From a bacterium (GTDB lineage: Bacteria > Hinthialibacterota > Hinthialibacteria > Hinthialibacterales > Hinthialibacteraceae), in the NCBI GenBank assembly GCA_963662285.2, contig CAXXMV010000006.1:1216001-1280000 (forward strand): a stretch of DNA of 64,000 nt, written 5' to 3'. How positions within the stretch are numbered: position 1 is the first letter of the stretch; the number at the start of each line of letters is the position of its first letter. The position numbers were made by a program, and so were the translations under genes. The notes beneath the pieces were generated by a model. That model did no database searches and was not told the DNA's origin. It saw nothing but the letters and a program-made list of their open reading frames with translations. Below are positions 28,467-38,846 of this stretch, one piece after another.

Positions 28467-29690
28467 CTAAACATACTGTCCAGCGCACCAGCCTGATGAC
28501 CATGCCCATTGGAGATTATAACCTCCCAGCCAACCGCTCACATCAAGAACTTCACCAGTAAAAAATAGCCCCGCCACCTGACGAGTTTCCATAGTCTTGG
28601 GTGAGATTGCATTACAATCTACTCCCCCCATAGTCACTTCTGCGGTGCGGTATCCCTCTGTGCCGTTTGGCTTGATGGTCCATTGCTGGATCTGCTCTGA
28701 AATGTCCTTAAACTGTTTGTGGGATAGCGCCCCTATTGAGCTTTCGGCAAGATCACCAGGCGTTATTACAGCCGCAAGACGTTTGGGTAAATATTCCGCT
28801 AACACTGATGTCACCTTCCGCTTCGGGCGTTGTTGTTGCTGTTCTTTCAGCGTTTCGAATAGATCAATTCCTGGCAACAGATTGATCGTAATATCCTCGC
28901 CGGGGCGCCAATATGATGACATTTGCAAGATGGCAGGGCCGCTCAAACCCCGGTGGGTAAATAAGATGTTTTCACGAAAACTCTGTCGTTTGTTACTGAC
29001 AACGGCATCAACCGCAATACCCGATAAGGTTGATAGTTGCTCTTTATCTTTGGGTTGCAGGGTGAAGGGAACTAAGCCGGGAGATTGCGGCCATATCTTG
29101 ATATTAAACTGCTCTGCAATTTTATACCCCAAGGGGCTGGCGCCTATGGTCGGTATGGATAATCCACCCGTAGCAACGACTAACGACTGGCAGTTATAAT
29201 CGCCCCGGCTGCTATTTACTTTGAAATGATGGTCGCCTAATTGTTCAATCTTTTCAATAGTTGAATTTAGTTGAAAAGATACCCCGGCCTGTTTGCACTC
29301 AGATAACAACATATCCAGAATGTCACGTGAACTGCCGTCGCAGAAGAGTCGTCCATGTTCGCTCTCGTTGAAGGCGATATTATGCTGCTGCACCAAGGTC
29401 AAGAAATCCTGAGAAGTGTAGCGACTGAGAGCCGATTGGCAGAAATGCGGATTATGGGAAATATAGTTTTCGAAATTTATGCAGTAATTGGTGAAATTGC
29501 AGCGCCCGCCGCCGGACATCAAAATTTTCCGCCCCGGCTCCTGGGCATGATCAATAACTAGCGTCTTGCGTTCACGCTTGCCTGCTTCAATTGCGCACAT
29601 CAATCCTGACGCTCCGGCGCCAATAATGATGACATCTGTTTTCCCGGTCGACAGGGAATGCTGTTTGATCACACGTTCTTTTGCATCCAC
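28467..29690 (-). CDS. HI0933/BaiN family FAD-dependent oxidoreductase
   Basis: GAGASG, KILMSGGGRCNFTN, VATGGLS, LFTHRGLSGP, AEVTMGGV and GWLGGYNLQWAWSSG. Confidence 0.92.
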   Translation of the reverse strand: MDAKERVIKQHSLSTGKTDVIIIGAGASGLMCAIEAGKRERKTLVIDHAQEPGRKILMSGGGRCNFTNYCINFENYISHNPHFCQSALSRYTSQDFLTLVQQHNIAFNESEHGRLFCDGSSRDILDMLLSECKQAGVSFQLNSTIEKIEQLGDHHFKVNSSRGDYNCQSLVVATGGLSIPTIGASPLGYKIAEQFNIKIWPQSPGLVPFTLQPKDKEQLSTLSGIAVDAVVSNKRQSFRENILFTHRGLSGPAILQMSSYWRPGEDITINLLPGIDLFETLKEQQQQRPKRKVTSVLAEYLPKRLAAVITPGDLAESSIGALSHKQFKDISEQIQQWTIKPNGTEGYRTAEVTMGGVDCNAISPKTMETRQVAGLFFTGEVLDVSGWLGGYNLQWAWSSGWCAGQYV

Positions 29691-30130
29691 GTAATATAAG
29701 TTCCTTTGTTGGGGTTAAGCATTTGAGTTCACTGGCGCGTTAGAGTTCGGTGAGATGATTTGTTTTTTCTTCTATTAATTTTCTCATGACGATAAGACCT
29801 TGTCAACAAATGTCTCATTAAAATCATGTTTTCGTCAATGATATTCATGGTTCATGAAGGTAAATACTGAAAATATCGGCGTACCACTCACATCTAATAC
29901 AACTAACTTTCAATCGATTGATTCAGGCGTGCGTTTTATGAATTGCCTTGCCATAGATAACAATATAGGAATAGAATATAAAGGTAATGCAATCATAATG
30001 GATTATACAGCGGTGGGGAATCGTTCCTTTGATATTCTGGTTCGAAAAGATATATCGTGGTTGATAAGTTTATATGCTTACTGAAAGCGATGGATTTTTA
30101 AAATCGCTATAACGAAAAGGAAAATGTTCG

Positions 30131-32344
30131 ATGAAAAGAAAGGGAATTATTCAATCAGGCGTGGCATTGCTGGTATGCTTTATCTGTGCGGCGGCCTATG
30201 CGGATGCAACTTTATCGATTGGGCCTTATTTGAAATTCGTAACCCCGGAGAGCGCCGTCATATCATGGCGAACTGATCAACCAGTCAAAGCCAAGGTTGA
30301 GATTACAACCGGAGATAAAGTATTTGACGTTATCCAGGTTAACACATCGTCAACCAAGCAAAGCGTTACTGTTAAAAACATGGCGCCTAAAACACCATAT
30401 TGTTACCAGATCATTTTGCAGCCGGGTGAATCAGAGATTAAGAGTCCAACCTATGAAATAGATTGGAAGATGAATTATACCAAGCATCCATTGCCGGATG
30501 GAGCGTCTCTGTTTGATAACGCTGCTGATTATGCGCGGTATGCGAAAATGGCGCAGCAGATACTGAGCGACAGCGGCGTCACGAAAGGCTATTGCGTGGT
30601 TTATGGGTGCAGCGATGGACGTTTGGCTTATGAATTAGCCCGCCAAAGTGAATTGACTATCCTTGGTTTTGATGAAGATAAAAATCGCATTCAAGCCATA
30701 CGCAATCGATTGCTGAAGAGTAATCTCTATGGATCAAGGTTTACTTTTTATAACATCCAATCTCTTAAGGAACTTCCCCTGCCGGATTCATTCGCCAATT
30801 TAATTGTTTCAGAAAAATTGTTGGATGATGGCGTTGCTCCGGGAAGCGCCCAGGAATTGAGCCGCGTGCTGCGTCCTGCAGGGGGCGCGGTTTGGTTGGG
30901 ACAATTGAAAAAGCCACCGCAGACTTTCGCTAAAGAGAAACTGGTTGAGTGGCTCGGTGATCTTTCATACTCTTTTAAGTGGAATAATTCTGATGAGGCC
31001 GATTGGCTTACTTTTGAACGTCAGGGTTTAGTTGGCGCCGGTTCGTGGACTCATCAATATGGCAATAATTCAAACACCGCCAATAGCGGTGATTCATTGT
31101 TAGGCGCATCAAGTACTGAGGATATGGGCGTGCAGTGGATCGGGCGTCCAGGGGCTGATTTTGGTATTGACCGTAACCCAAGAATGCCGGCGCCGCTTGC
31201 GGTCAATGGGCGTCTATTCCATCAGGGCATGAATCGATTGGCGGCGCTAGACGCCTATAACGGCAGCATATTATGGTCGCTGGAGATTCCCGACCTGCGC
31301 CGGGTTAACATTCCCCGCGACGCCAGCAACTGGTGCGCCGATGATGATTATATCTATGTGGCGATTGAAGAGGAATGTTGGCAGTTAAATGCCGGTAATG
31401 GCGATTTGGAACAGGTATTCGTAATGCCTTCGACTGTAAATAGAGAGACTGATGAGTGGGGTTATATCGCCAGTGAGGGTGAACTTATCTTTGGCAGCAC
31501 TATTAAAAAAGGATCGGTCTACACTGATTTCTTTGGCAACAAAACCTGGTATGATCAAACTTCCGGTTTCGGGACGGGCAAAATATGCAGCGACCGTTTA
31601 TTCGCTTGCCAGAAAGAGAATGGCGCAACCGTCTGGCAATATGAAGATGGAGTGATTATCAATACAACCATTTCTATGGGAGGCGGCAAAATCTTTTTTG
31701 TCGAGTCACGCTATCCGGCGGTCAACAGTTTAACAACAAGCCGTGTTGAAAGCGCCGGCTTATGGCGTGATCAATACATGGTGGCGTTGGACGCTGAAAC
31801 CGGAAATAAGTTATGGGAAAAACCGCTTGATACTCATGACGGGATCGTGGTCTTCTTTATGCTGTATAGCGATGATTCCCTGGTGATTACCTCATCCGGC
31901 AATAACAAATATCACCTCTATTCTTATGATGCGCAGAATGGAAATGAGAATTGGAACAATTCTCATACTTGGCCGAACAATAATCACGGCGGGCATATGC
32001 AGCATCCAGCAGTGACAAATCAGACGGTCTATGTTGAACCATGCGGTTATAACATGAAAACCGGAGAAATCGTCACCAAAGGCATGGGACGCCATAGCGG
32101 TTGCGCTACCTATGCGGCCACTTCGGATGCATTGATATACCGGGGCGACTCGCGGCGCATATCCATGTGGGATTTTGAAACGGGCAAAGTTTCCAGTTGG
32201 TATAACTTACGCCCCAGTTGCTGGTTGAGCGTCATCCCGGCTGGTGGAATGATTCTGGCGCCGGAAGGCGGCGGCGGTTGCAGCTGCGGCAACTGGTTGG
32301 AAACATCCGTGGGATTCATGCCCATTAAAGAGAACATTCAATAG
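30131..32344 (+). CDS. Secreted FN3 + SAM-methyltransferase-like + PQQ-type beta-propeller protein
   Basis: Signal peptide; GPYL..SAVISWRT (purple acid phosphatase N-terminal-like); KGYCVVYG...GRLAYELA...RVLRPAGG; LDAYNGSILW / LDAETGNKLW propeller repeats; C-terminal RPSCW...GCSC. Confidence 0.75.
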   Translation: MKRKGIIQSGVALLVCFICAAAYADATLSIGPYLKFVTPESAVISWRTDQPVKAKVEITTGDKVFDVIQVNTSSTKQSVTVKNMAPKTPYCYQIILQPGESEIKSPTYEIDWKMNYTKHPLPDGASLFDNAADYARYAKMAQQILSDSGVTKGYCVVYGCSDGRLAYELARQSELTILGFDEDKNRIQAIRNRLLKSNLYGSRFTFYNIQSLKELPLPDSFANLIVSEKLLDDGVAPGSAQELSRVLRPAGGAVWLGQLKKPPQTFAKEKLVEWLGDLSYSFKWNNSDEADWLTFERQGLVGAGSWTHQYGNNSNTANSGDSLLGASSTEDMGVQWIGRPGADFGIDRNPRMPAPLAVNGRLFHQGMNRLAALDAYNGSILWSLEIPDLRRVNIPRDASNWCADDDYIYVAIEEECWQLNAGNGDLEQVFVMPSTVNRETDEWGYIASEGELIFGSTIKKGSVYTDFFGNKTWYDQTSGFGTGKICSDRLFACQKENGATVWQYEDGVIINTTISMGGGKIFFVESRYPAVNSLTTSRVESAGLWRDQYMVALDAETGNKLWEKPLDTHDGIVVFFMLYSDDSLVITSSGNNKYHLYSYDAQNGNENWNNSHTWPNNNHGGHMQHPAVTNQTVYVEPCGYNMKTGEIVTKGMGRHSGCATYAATSDALIYRGDSRRISMWDFETGKVSSWYNLRPSCWLSVIPAGGMILAPEGGGGCSCGNWLETSVGFMPIKENIQ

Positions 32345-32367
32345 TAGAATTAAAAAGGAAATCCAAA

Positions 32368-33828
32368 ATGCGTTCAATAATAATTACAATAAATATACTC
32401 TTCGCTTTCTCTTTATGCGGGTGGTCGGAAGACTGGTCCACCTATCGCCACGATAACCGGAGAAGCGCTATAACCTCTGAATCGGTCAAGTTTCCTTTAA
32501 AGGAATTGTGGACTTATTCGTCAAGCATCCCTCCTCAAACCGCATGGTCTGGACCGGCCAAATGGGATTCGTACGCTAATCTTATTAACCTGAAATCCAT
32601 GCGCGACTTTGATCCGGTTTATTATACCATTGTTGTAGAGAACCGGGTTTTCTGGGGTTCTTCGGTGGATGATGCAGTGCATTGCGCCAGACTGAGTGAT
32701 GGTAAGGAGCAATGGGCGTATTGTACTGATGGTCCGGTTCGAGTCGCTCCATCCTGGTATGAAGGCAAGGTATACTTTGGCTCCGATGATGGATATGCAT
32801 ATTGCGTAAATGCGGATAATGGCAAGTTGGTCTGGTCGTATAAACCGTCGCCTGAATCGAAAAAGATTCCCAGCGATGGGAAATTAATATCGCCCTGGCC
32901 CTGCCGCACCGGCGCATTCGTTCAAAATGGCATTGTATATTTCGCCGCCTCACTGTTGCCTTGGGAAGATTCATACCTATGCGCGGTAGATGCCAAAACC
33001 GGCTCAGATCAAGGCGAAGGATTGTATAAGATCAAGCATGCGCAATCTGCTATGCAGAGCGCTATTTTGGCTTCTGAGAAGAATCTTTATTTGTCGCACG
33101 GACGTCAGCAACCCCAAGTTTATGATATAGGATCAGGACGAAAGGTTGGCGTGATCGGTGACAGCGGTGATGGCGGGTCTTACGCCATCTTGACCGAAGA
33201 TGATATATTGATTCATGGCCGGGGGCAAAACCACGACACTGATGGAGAACTGAGAGGATTTAACGCCCAAACCAAAGATCATCTGGCCACTTTTCCCAAT
33301 GCCAATTGCATGGTGATTCAAAAAGAGATTGCCTATCTGCATTCTAATGGCAAACTGACTGCTTTTGATCGAGCCAAAAACATGTTGTTGCAGTCCAACA
33401 AACTTAAATTGCAGAGTGATGAAGAAAGATATACCAAAGAATTCAAGAAATTAAAAGATCCTAAAGGCGATACGGAAGCCGGGAAAAAACTGCTGGAAAC
33501 AATCAGCGCAGTGCAGGTGCAGATTAAAGCCATTAATCAACAACTGCCATCAACTTTTAATTGGAAAATTGATGTCCCGTTTTTTCATTCGATGATCCTG
33601 GCCGATGATGCTTTGATTCTTGGCGGGGAGAACCTTGTCGCGGCGTATAATATATCCAATGGCGAGCAGCTTTGGAGCGCAGCAGTGGAGGGCAATGTGC
33701 ATGGTTTGACTTACGCCAATGGTCATCTAGTGGTGAGCACTGATCTTGGTAAGATAGTATGTTTCGCAGGATTAAGCCAAAGCAGTTCTAACAGTTTGAA
33801 ATTAGGAGCGCTTTTGGGGATTAGGTGA
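32368..33828 (+). CDS. Secreted PQQ-binding-like (BamB-like) beta-propeller protein
   Basis: Signal peptide, DWSTYRHDNRRS, and GSDDGYAYCVNADNGKLVW-type repeats. Confidence 0.8.
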   Translation: MRSIIITINILFAFSLCGWSEDWSTYRHDNRRSAITSESVKFPLKELWTYSSSIPPQTAWSGPAKWDSYANLINLKSMRDFDPVYYTIVVENRVFWGSSVDDAVHCARLSDGKEQWAYCTDGPVRVAPSWYEGKVYFGSDDGYAYCVNADNGKLVWSYKPSPESKKIPSDGKLISPWPCRTGAFVQNGIVYFAASLLPWEDSYLCAVDAKTGSDQGEGLYKIKHAQSAMQSAILASEKNLYLSHGRQQPQVYDIGSGRKVGVIGDSGDGGSYAILTEDDILIHGRGQNHDTDGELRGFNAQTKDHLATFPNANCMVIQKEIAYLHSNGKLTAFDRAKNMLLQSNKLKLQSDEERYTKEFKKLKDPKGDTEAGKKLLETISAVQVQIKAINQQLPSTFNWKIDVPFFHSMILADDALILGGENLVAAYNISNGEQLWSAAVEGNVHGLTYANGHLVVSTDLGKIVCFAGLSQSSSNSLKLGALLGIR

Positions 33829-33846
33829 GTGGTGCAGGGCGCAGAT

Positions 33847-34205
33847 GTAGGGTGCGCCTCTTGTGGGCGCCCGTAATTTTCAATCGCCCTTTGTGTTGAA
33901 TTTGAATTATTATAGTTCGTGAGTGGCTCAGGGCGCCCATGAAAGACGCCCCTACGGGTTTGGTTTGGATAGAGGTTTTAATAAAACCGTAGGTGGCAGC
34001 ATCAAGGGCTGACCGCGATGCGGTCTTGCCCTTGGCACCCGTTAATCGCCCTTTGTGTTGAATTTGAATTATTATAGTTCGTGAGTGGCTCAGGGCGCCC
34101 ATGAAAGACGCCCCTACGGGTTTGGTTTGGATAGAAGTTTTAATAAAACCGTAGGTGGCAGCATCAAGGGCTGACCGCTATGCGGTCTTGCCCTTGGCGC
34201 CCGTC
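33847..34205. repeat. BIME-like mosaic: GTAG-REP plus a 162-bp direct duplication
   Basis: GTAG-REP (+) at 33847. Units 33882-34043 and 34044-34205 each contain an inverted GTAG-REP (CAGGGCGCCCATGAAAGACGCCCCTAC) and a CAAGGGC hairpin (34001, 34163). Confidence 0.85.
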
Positions 34206-34255
34206 TAAGGTTTTGGATAGTTTGTGGTTTTAATCTGATTATATGGAGAGTGTTT

Positions 34256-36070
34256 ATGAAGAATTTACATCATTTACTTTTTGAGCGGTTGGTTATCTGT
34301 GTAATTGCGGTTTGTTTTCTAGGCAGCGTTTGGGTGGATGCAGCTGATCCGCCAAGAATGAAACGGGCTGATGCATTTCTTGGAATCCATTTTGATTTCC
34401 ATGCAGGAGAAGACTGCAAGCGCGTTGGCGAGCGTACCACGCCGGAGATGATCGAGACGGTCATCGACAAAGTTAAACCAGACTACATTCAAATCGATTG
34501 CAAGGGGCATCGCGGCTTCTCCAGTTATCCGACCAAGGTGGGGAATCCGGCGCCCGGATTCGTCGGCGACCCATTGCGTATCTGGCGGAATGTAACAGCG
34601 AAGCGGGGGATGCCTCTGTTCATGCATTACTCAGGCGTTTGGGATTTCGAGGCGGTCGCCAAGCATCCAGAATGGGCTGCGGTCAATGCAGACGGGAAGC
34701 CTAACGATAAAGCGACTTCAGTATTTGGAGCGTATGCCGATGAATTGATGATTCCACAACTAAGGGAATTGGCCGGCGAGTATGGCGTTGACGGAGTTTG
34801 GGTCGACGGCGATTGCTGGGGAACTGTAGCTGACTATGGCGAGAAGGCCGTTCGAGAATTTTGTGAACAAACCGGCGCCAAGGCGGCGCCGCGCGAGAAG
34901 GGTGAGCCTTATTGGGACGAATGGATGAATTTCAACCGCGAGGGTTTCCGCCGTTATGTGCGCCATTATGTAGACGAAATGAAAGCGTCCCACCCGGATT
35001 TCCAAGTTATCAGCAATTGGGCGTTCAGCGATCATATGCCAGAAGCGGTTACCGCGGATGTGGCAAGTTTGTCGGGTGATTTCTCACCGGATGACAGTTT
35101 AAACTCGGCGCGTTTCGCCGGACGGTGCCTCGAAGATCAGGACACGCCTTGGGATTTAATGTCGTGGTCGTTCAGCCGCAGAACAGGTAAACAGAAACCG
35201 GCTATTCAACTTATGCAGGAAGCGTCTCTGGTACTTGCGCTGGGCGGCGGATATCAGGCTTATTTTAAGCAGGATCGAGATGGCGCGGTTCGCGATCTGG
35301 CTGAAATGGACGTCATGGCTGAAGTCGCCAGGTTTTGTCGTGATCGCCAGGCGTACTGTCATCGATCAGTAGCCGCGCCGCAGATTGCGCTGCTCTATTC
35401 TACGGCTGGACATTACCGGGAATCTCCCAGGCTTTTCCACTGGAGCGGCGCTAATGGCGTTAAGGTACTGCGGCAAGCGCTGACTCAGATTCTTGAGAAT
35501 CAATATGGAGTACAGATACTCAGCGAGCACCAACTGAAAGGGAATGCATCCAACTGGCCTGTTATCGTTGTGCCGGGGTGGGAGTATCTTGAGTCAGATT
35601 TTCGCGACGAATTGGCGTCATACGCCAAATCCGGCGGCAGTCTGCTGTTGATTGGTTCCGGGCCGGAGAAACTCTTCAAAACCGAGTTGGGCGAAAAAGC
35701 CGATTACTCCATCGCCCTGGTTGATCAGGTTGACGATGAATTTCCAAAAGTACTCAGTAAGGTATTCCCTGAACCGATAGTTGAAATCACTGGCGCCAAG
35801 GATGTTGATGTTAGTCCACGCATGTTGAATGGAAAACTGGCGATTCACCTGGTAAATACATCAGGTCCGCACGCCAATGCGCCGGATGGCGGCATCACAG
35901 AGGTTAAGCCTCTTGGACCACTGAACGTATCGATTAGTTTGGATAAGGCTCCGAAGGCTGTTATGATGCAGCCGGAAGGAAAATCGCTCGAGATGAAATG
36001 GGCTAAAGGCAAGGCAACGGTTATAGTACCGCGCCTGGAACTCTATTCAATTTTGGTTGTTAACGATTGA
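34256..36070 (+). CDS. Secreted glycoside hydrolase, alpha-L-fucosidase-like (GH29/GH151-like TIM barrel)
   Basis: Signal peptide, GIHFDFH, DCKGHRGFSSYPTKVG and YGVDGVWVDGDCW, with a GH42-like trimerisation domain downstream. Confidence 0.65.
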   Translation: MKNLHHLLFERLVICVIAVCFLGSVWVDAADPPRMKRADAFLGIHFDFHAGEDCKRVGERTTPEMIETVIDKVKPDYIQIDCKGHRGFSSYPTKVGNPAPGFVGDPLRIWRNVTAKRGMPLFMHYSGVWDFEAVAKHPEWAAVNADGKPNDKATSVFGAYADELMIPQLRELAGEYGVDGVWVDGDCWGTVADYGEKAVREFCEQTGAKAAPREKGEPYWDEWMNFNREGFRRYVRHYVDEMKASHPDFQVISNWAFSDHMPEAVTADVASLSGDFSPDDSLNSARFAGRCLEDQDTPWDLMSWSFSRRTGKQKPAIQLMQEASLVLALGGGYQAYFKQDRDGAVRDLAEMDVMAEVARFCRDRQAYCHRSVAAPQIALLYSTAGHYRESPRLFHWSGANGVKVLRQALTQILENQYGVQILSEHQLKGNASNWPVIVVPGWEYLESDFRDELASYAKSGGSLLLIGSGPEKLFKTELGEKADYSIALVDQVDDEFPKVLSKVFPEPIVEITGAKDVDVSPRMLNGKLAIHLVNTSGPHANAPDGGITEVKPLGPLNVSISLDKAPKAVMMQPEGKSLEMKWAKGKATVIVPRLELYSILVVND

Positions 36071-36093
36071 TTGGAATACTCAATAAAAAATTC

Positions 36094-36134
36094 AATACCC
36101 CATGTGAACTGAGTGTACATGGGGTATTTTTTTT
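36094..36134 (+). terminator. Intrinsic terminator
   Basis: AATACCCCATGT...ACATGGGGTATT followed by a T-tract, after the stop at 36070. Confidence 0.8.
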
Positions 36135-36181
36135 AGATAACAAGGCGTGTTTTTGGTGGGTTGGTGAGGCGCTGATCCTAC

Positions 36182-36390
36182 GCGTGGGTGGTGTTTGGTG
36201 GGCTACGCTATCGCTTTTAGCCCACCCTACGCGTGGGTGATGTTTGGTGGGCTACGCTATCGCTTTTAGCCCACCCTACGCGTGGGTGATGTTTGGTGGG
36301 CTACGCTATCGCTTTTAGCCCACCCTACGCGTGGGTGGTGTTTGGTGGGCTACGCTATCGCTTTTAGCCCACCCTACGCGTGGGTGGTGT
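36182..36390 (-). repeat. Tandem array of 4 x 49-bp GTAG-REP units
   Basis: Units at 36182, 36231, 36280 and 36329 plus a partial copy. Minus strand reads GTAGGGTGGGCTAAAAGCGATAGCGTAGCCCACC. Confidence 0.9.
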
Positions 36391-36444
36391 ATTACAACAG
36401 AGGATTTTCCACTTGGATATATGGGGATGATTATGATAATCGAT

Positions 36445-37113
36445 TCACCGTCGGATAACATCAATGGTGACGGTGTAATTTCCATCGTTATCTGCGGAGG
36501 CGCCGGGATAATCCAACATGGCGAGATAGAGTATTCTTGCTCCACGAGGCGCTTTGATCTGAGTATGTCTTCCAATTAAGAATGGTTCTTTTGAATTATC
36601 AAATACTCCCACCAGTGATCCAATCAATCCTTCATATTCCCGTAAGTTCAGGATAGGCTCGGTTTTTACCCAAATGCCCGATTGAGTCCATCCTTGAGGT
36701 CCATAAACAACAGAACGCAATGGAAGGTGACGCGCCTTACCGGTGGCGTGTATATCAAGCGTCTCTCCGCCGATAATCACGCCTTCCAACGCCGTTACTG
36801 GAGAGTTATCTGGAACCCGGTCGATGCATTCATCTTCAGGATATTCAATTACAACTCCTTCTTCGGCGCCAGTTAGAAATATGTCGGTGGTGGCAGAAAC
36901 AATCAATACTTCTGTTTTCAGATGTCCATATTGTTGAGAGGGATCTAGAATGCTGGGAGTATTGAGGAAATCTTTTGGTTTAAGAAAACCTTCTGGTTTA
37001 AGAAAACCATCTAGTTGCTTATTGCAGCCATGCATTGTAAAAAAAGCAATGCATATCCAGGAGAATAACCAGGATTTATGTGATTTCAAAAATCTGGAAA
37101 ATATACTGTACAT
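36445..37113 (-). CDS. Putative lipoprotein with LecA/PA-IL-like lectin C-terminal domain
   Basis: Lipobox-like MHGC and GFLKP repeats; IGSLVGVF..PFLIG..LYLAMLD..ADNDGNYTVTI resembles PA-IL-like jelly rolls. Confidence 0.5.
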   Translation of the reverse strand: MYSIFSRFLKSHKSWLFSWICIAFFTMHGCNKQLDGFLKPEGFLKPKDFLNTPSILDPSQQYGHLKTEVLIVSATTDIFLTGAEEGVVIEYPEDECIDRVPDNSPVTALEGVIIGGETLDIHATGKARHLPLRSVVYGPQGWTQSGIWVKTEPILNLREYEGLIGSLVGVFDNSKEPFLIGRHTQIKAPRGARILYLAMLDYPGASADNDGNYTVTIDVIRR

Positions 37114-37416
37114 TTATTTACTCGAACCCTCAAAAGACGCAATAGCGAATGCATAAAAGAAAAATTACGTAAAAACAAATTATAAAAAAATCAAAAAGCA
37201 AAAACCAATATATCATTTCAAAATACTATATATATTAACAATCGCTCTATCGCACTTGGTAAAAGAAAAGATCGCTAGTTGTCTGATCTAATGATAAGTT
37301 CATACTATACAGACTTTTAACAAGCGCTACCCTCAGTATATTATAACAACAAGGACGAAATTGTCCCATAAAAAATTCAATCTTTTTTCAATAAAATAAA
37401 TACCGCTCAAACTACG

Positions 37417-37451
37417 CTTCAAAAAAGCCTGAAAGACAGGCTTTTTTGAAG
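37417..37451. terminator. Intrinsic terminator downstream of the MFS gene
   Basis: CTTCAAAAAAGCCTG-AAAGA-CAGGCTTTTTTGAAG perfect 15-bp stem. Confidence 0.8.
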
Positions 37452-37490
37452 GTATAGATTATTGAATAAGAACGAAATACTGGATGTAAC

Positions 37491-38765
37491 TTAACTGTTT
37501 TGTTCGATATTTTCTTCTGGATCCTTGAAGAACAGAAGGAAAACCGCTGAGCAAATTACGGTCAGGACGCATGGAACCAGGAATAATCCGGTGTAATTGA
37601 TCACAGCAGGCTCTACCGAAGTATTTGTAAACATACCCTGAATCCATCCTACCAGGTAACCGCCAAGGGTTAATCCCAGCCCGAAAGTGACTTGGAAATA
37701 TAAACTTTGGGCGGAAGCGCGGATATTGGCCGGAGCGATTTTATCTACATATATTTGTCCTACGATGAAGAAGAAGACATAGCAGATGCCATGCAATGGT
37801 AGAACGGCGATAATTAACCAGGATGGTTGTCCCAGAGCAAAGACGGCGTAACGAATCGGCCAGGCTATGATGCCGATAGCTATGGTTTTGCGAATGCCTA
37901 ATCGGGGTAAGGCGAAAGGTAGAATTAAAAGAAGCGTGAACAACTCACCGACCTGAGCGATGATGGTGCAAGCGGGAACCCATTCTTTGGAAATCATGGT
38001 CTCAAGAAAACCGGGAGTGGGAATGTAATAGAACATCAATTCGGTAGATACTACCAGAGATAGGATCATGAAAAAGGCGAAGTTTGGATTGATGAACAAC
38101 TTAAAGGCTTCGACGAAAGCAAAGGGATTCTGGGCTTCTTTTGCAGGAGGCGTGTTTGGCAAAGTGAAGCAGAAGATGCCCATGATTATGGAAAAGACGC
38201 CGGCCAGAGTAAATAATTTACTTTCTATTGAAAGGTATGAGGCGATTTGTGCGGCTTGTTCTGATGCGGGCAATTGAAAAATCTCATCCCATTTAACGCC
38301 AAATGGTTGAAGGTATTTCCACCATAGAGTTAGAAGTAAGCCTGCAACTACCCAACCGATAGTGCCGAAAGAGCGTACGATGCCGAAATCTTTTTCTTTA
38401 TCTTTTAAATGATGGAAACAAATAGAATTGGTCAAAGCCAATGTGGGGGCATAAAGCAACGAATATAGAAACATATAAGTCCACATGGAGCCAAATACTT
38501 GGATTCGGGCTATGTATAAAAGCAGTACGCCGCCGATAATATGGACAATAGCCAGGAAGACCTGGGTCGGCATCCAACGGTCAGCAATTTGTCCACCTAT
38601 AAAAGGCGAAATTAAACTGGCCAGGGTGAATACGGCGAAAATGCCGCCTACCTGCATCCCGGTAAATCCAAGATGGGTTAAATAAGGCCCTAAAGTGATG
38701 TACCACAATCCCCAGATGATGTATTGTAGGAACATCATGATGCTAAAACGAATTTTCAAACTCAT
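37491..38765 (-). CDS. MFS transporter, NupG/YegT nucleoside permease-like
   Basis: MMFLQYIIWGLW, GQIADRW, YAPTLALTNS, FGTIGW, LHGICY and RASAQ. Confidence 0.85.
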   Translation of the reverse strand: MSLKIRFSIMMFLQYIIWGLWYITLGPYLTHLGFTGMQVGGIFAVFTLASLISPFIGGQIADRWMPTQVFLAIVHIIGGVLLLYIARIQVFGSMWTYMFLYSLLYAPTLALTNSICFHHLKDKEKDFGIVRSFGTIGWVVAGLLLTLWWKYLQPFGVKWDEIFQLPASEQAAQIASYLSIESKLFTLAGVFSIIMGIFCFTLPNTPPAKEAQNPFAFVEAFKLFINPNFAFFMILSLVVSTELMFYYIPTPGFLETMISKEWVPACTIIAQVGELFTLLLILPFALPRLGIRKTIAIGIIAWPIRYAVFALGQPSWLIIAVLPLHGICYVFFFIVGQIYVDKIAPANIRASAQSLYFQVTFGLGLTLGGYLVGWIQGMFTNTSVEPAVINYTGLFLVPCVLTVICSAVFLLFFKDPEENIEQNS

Positions 38766-38846
38766 TGCGTCCTCCAGGATATTTATTGATGATTATCTAT
38801 AAGTTAAACAATTTGATGCTATTACAAATGGTTTAATCTGATGCGG

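Noticed and set aside
29712-29768. attC-like sequence upstream of the HI0933 gene (minus strand AAC-AAATCATCTCACCG...CCAGTGAACTCAAATGCTTAAC)
   Set aside because: The R' box reads GCT instead of GTT, L-box pairing is only about 4 bp, and there is no second site or integrase. At most a decayed relic.
29854-30084. 76-aa ORF upstream of the propeller pair
   Set aside because: No motif or clear RBS; probably promoter-region sequence.
33821-36579. ORFs 33821-34102, 36315-36575 and 36331-36579
   Set aside because: They are read through REP repeats or overlap real genes.
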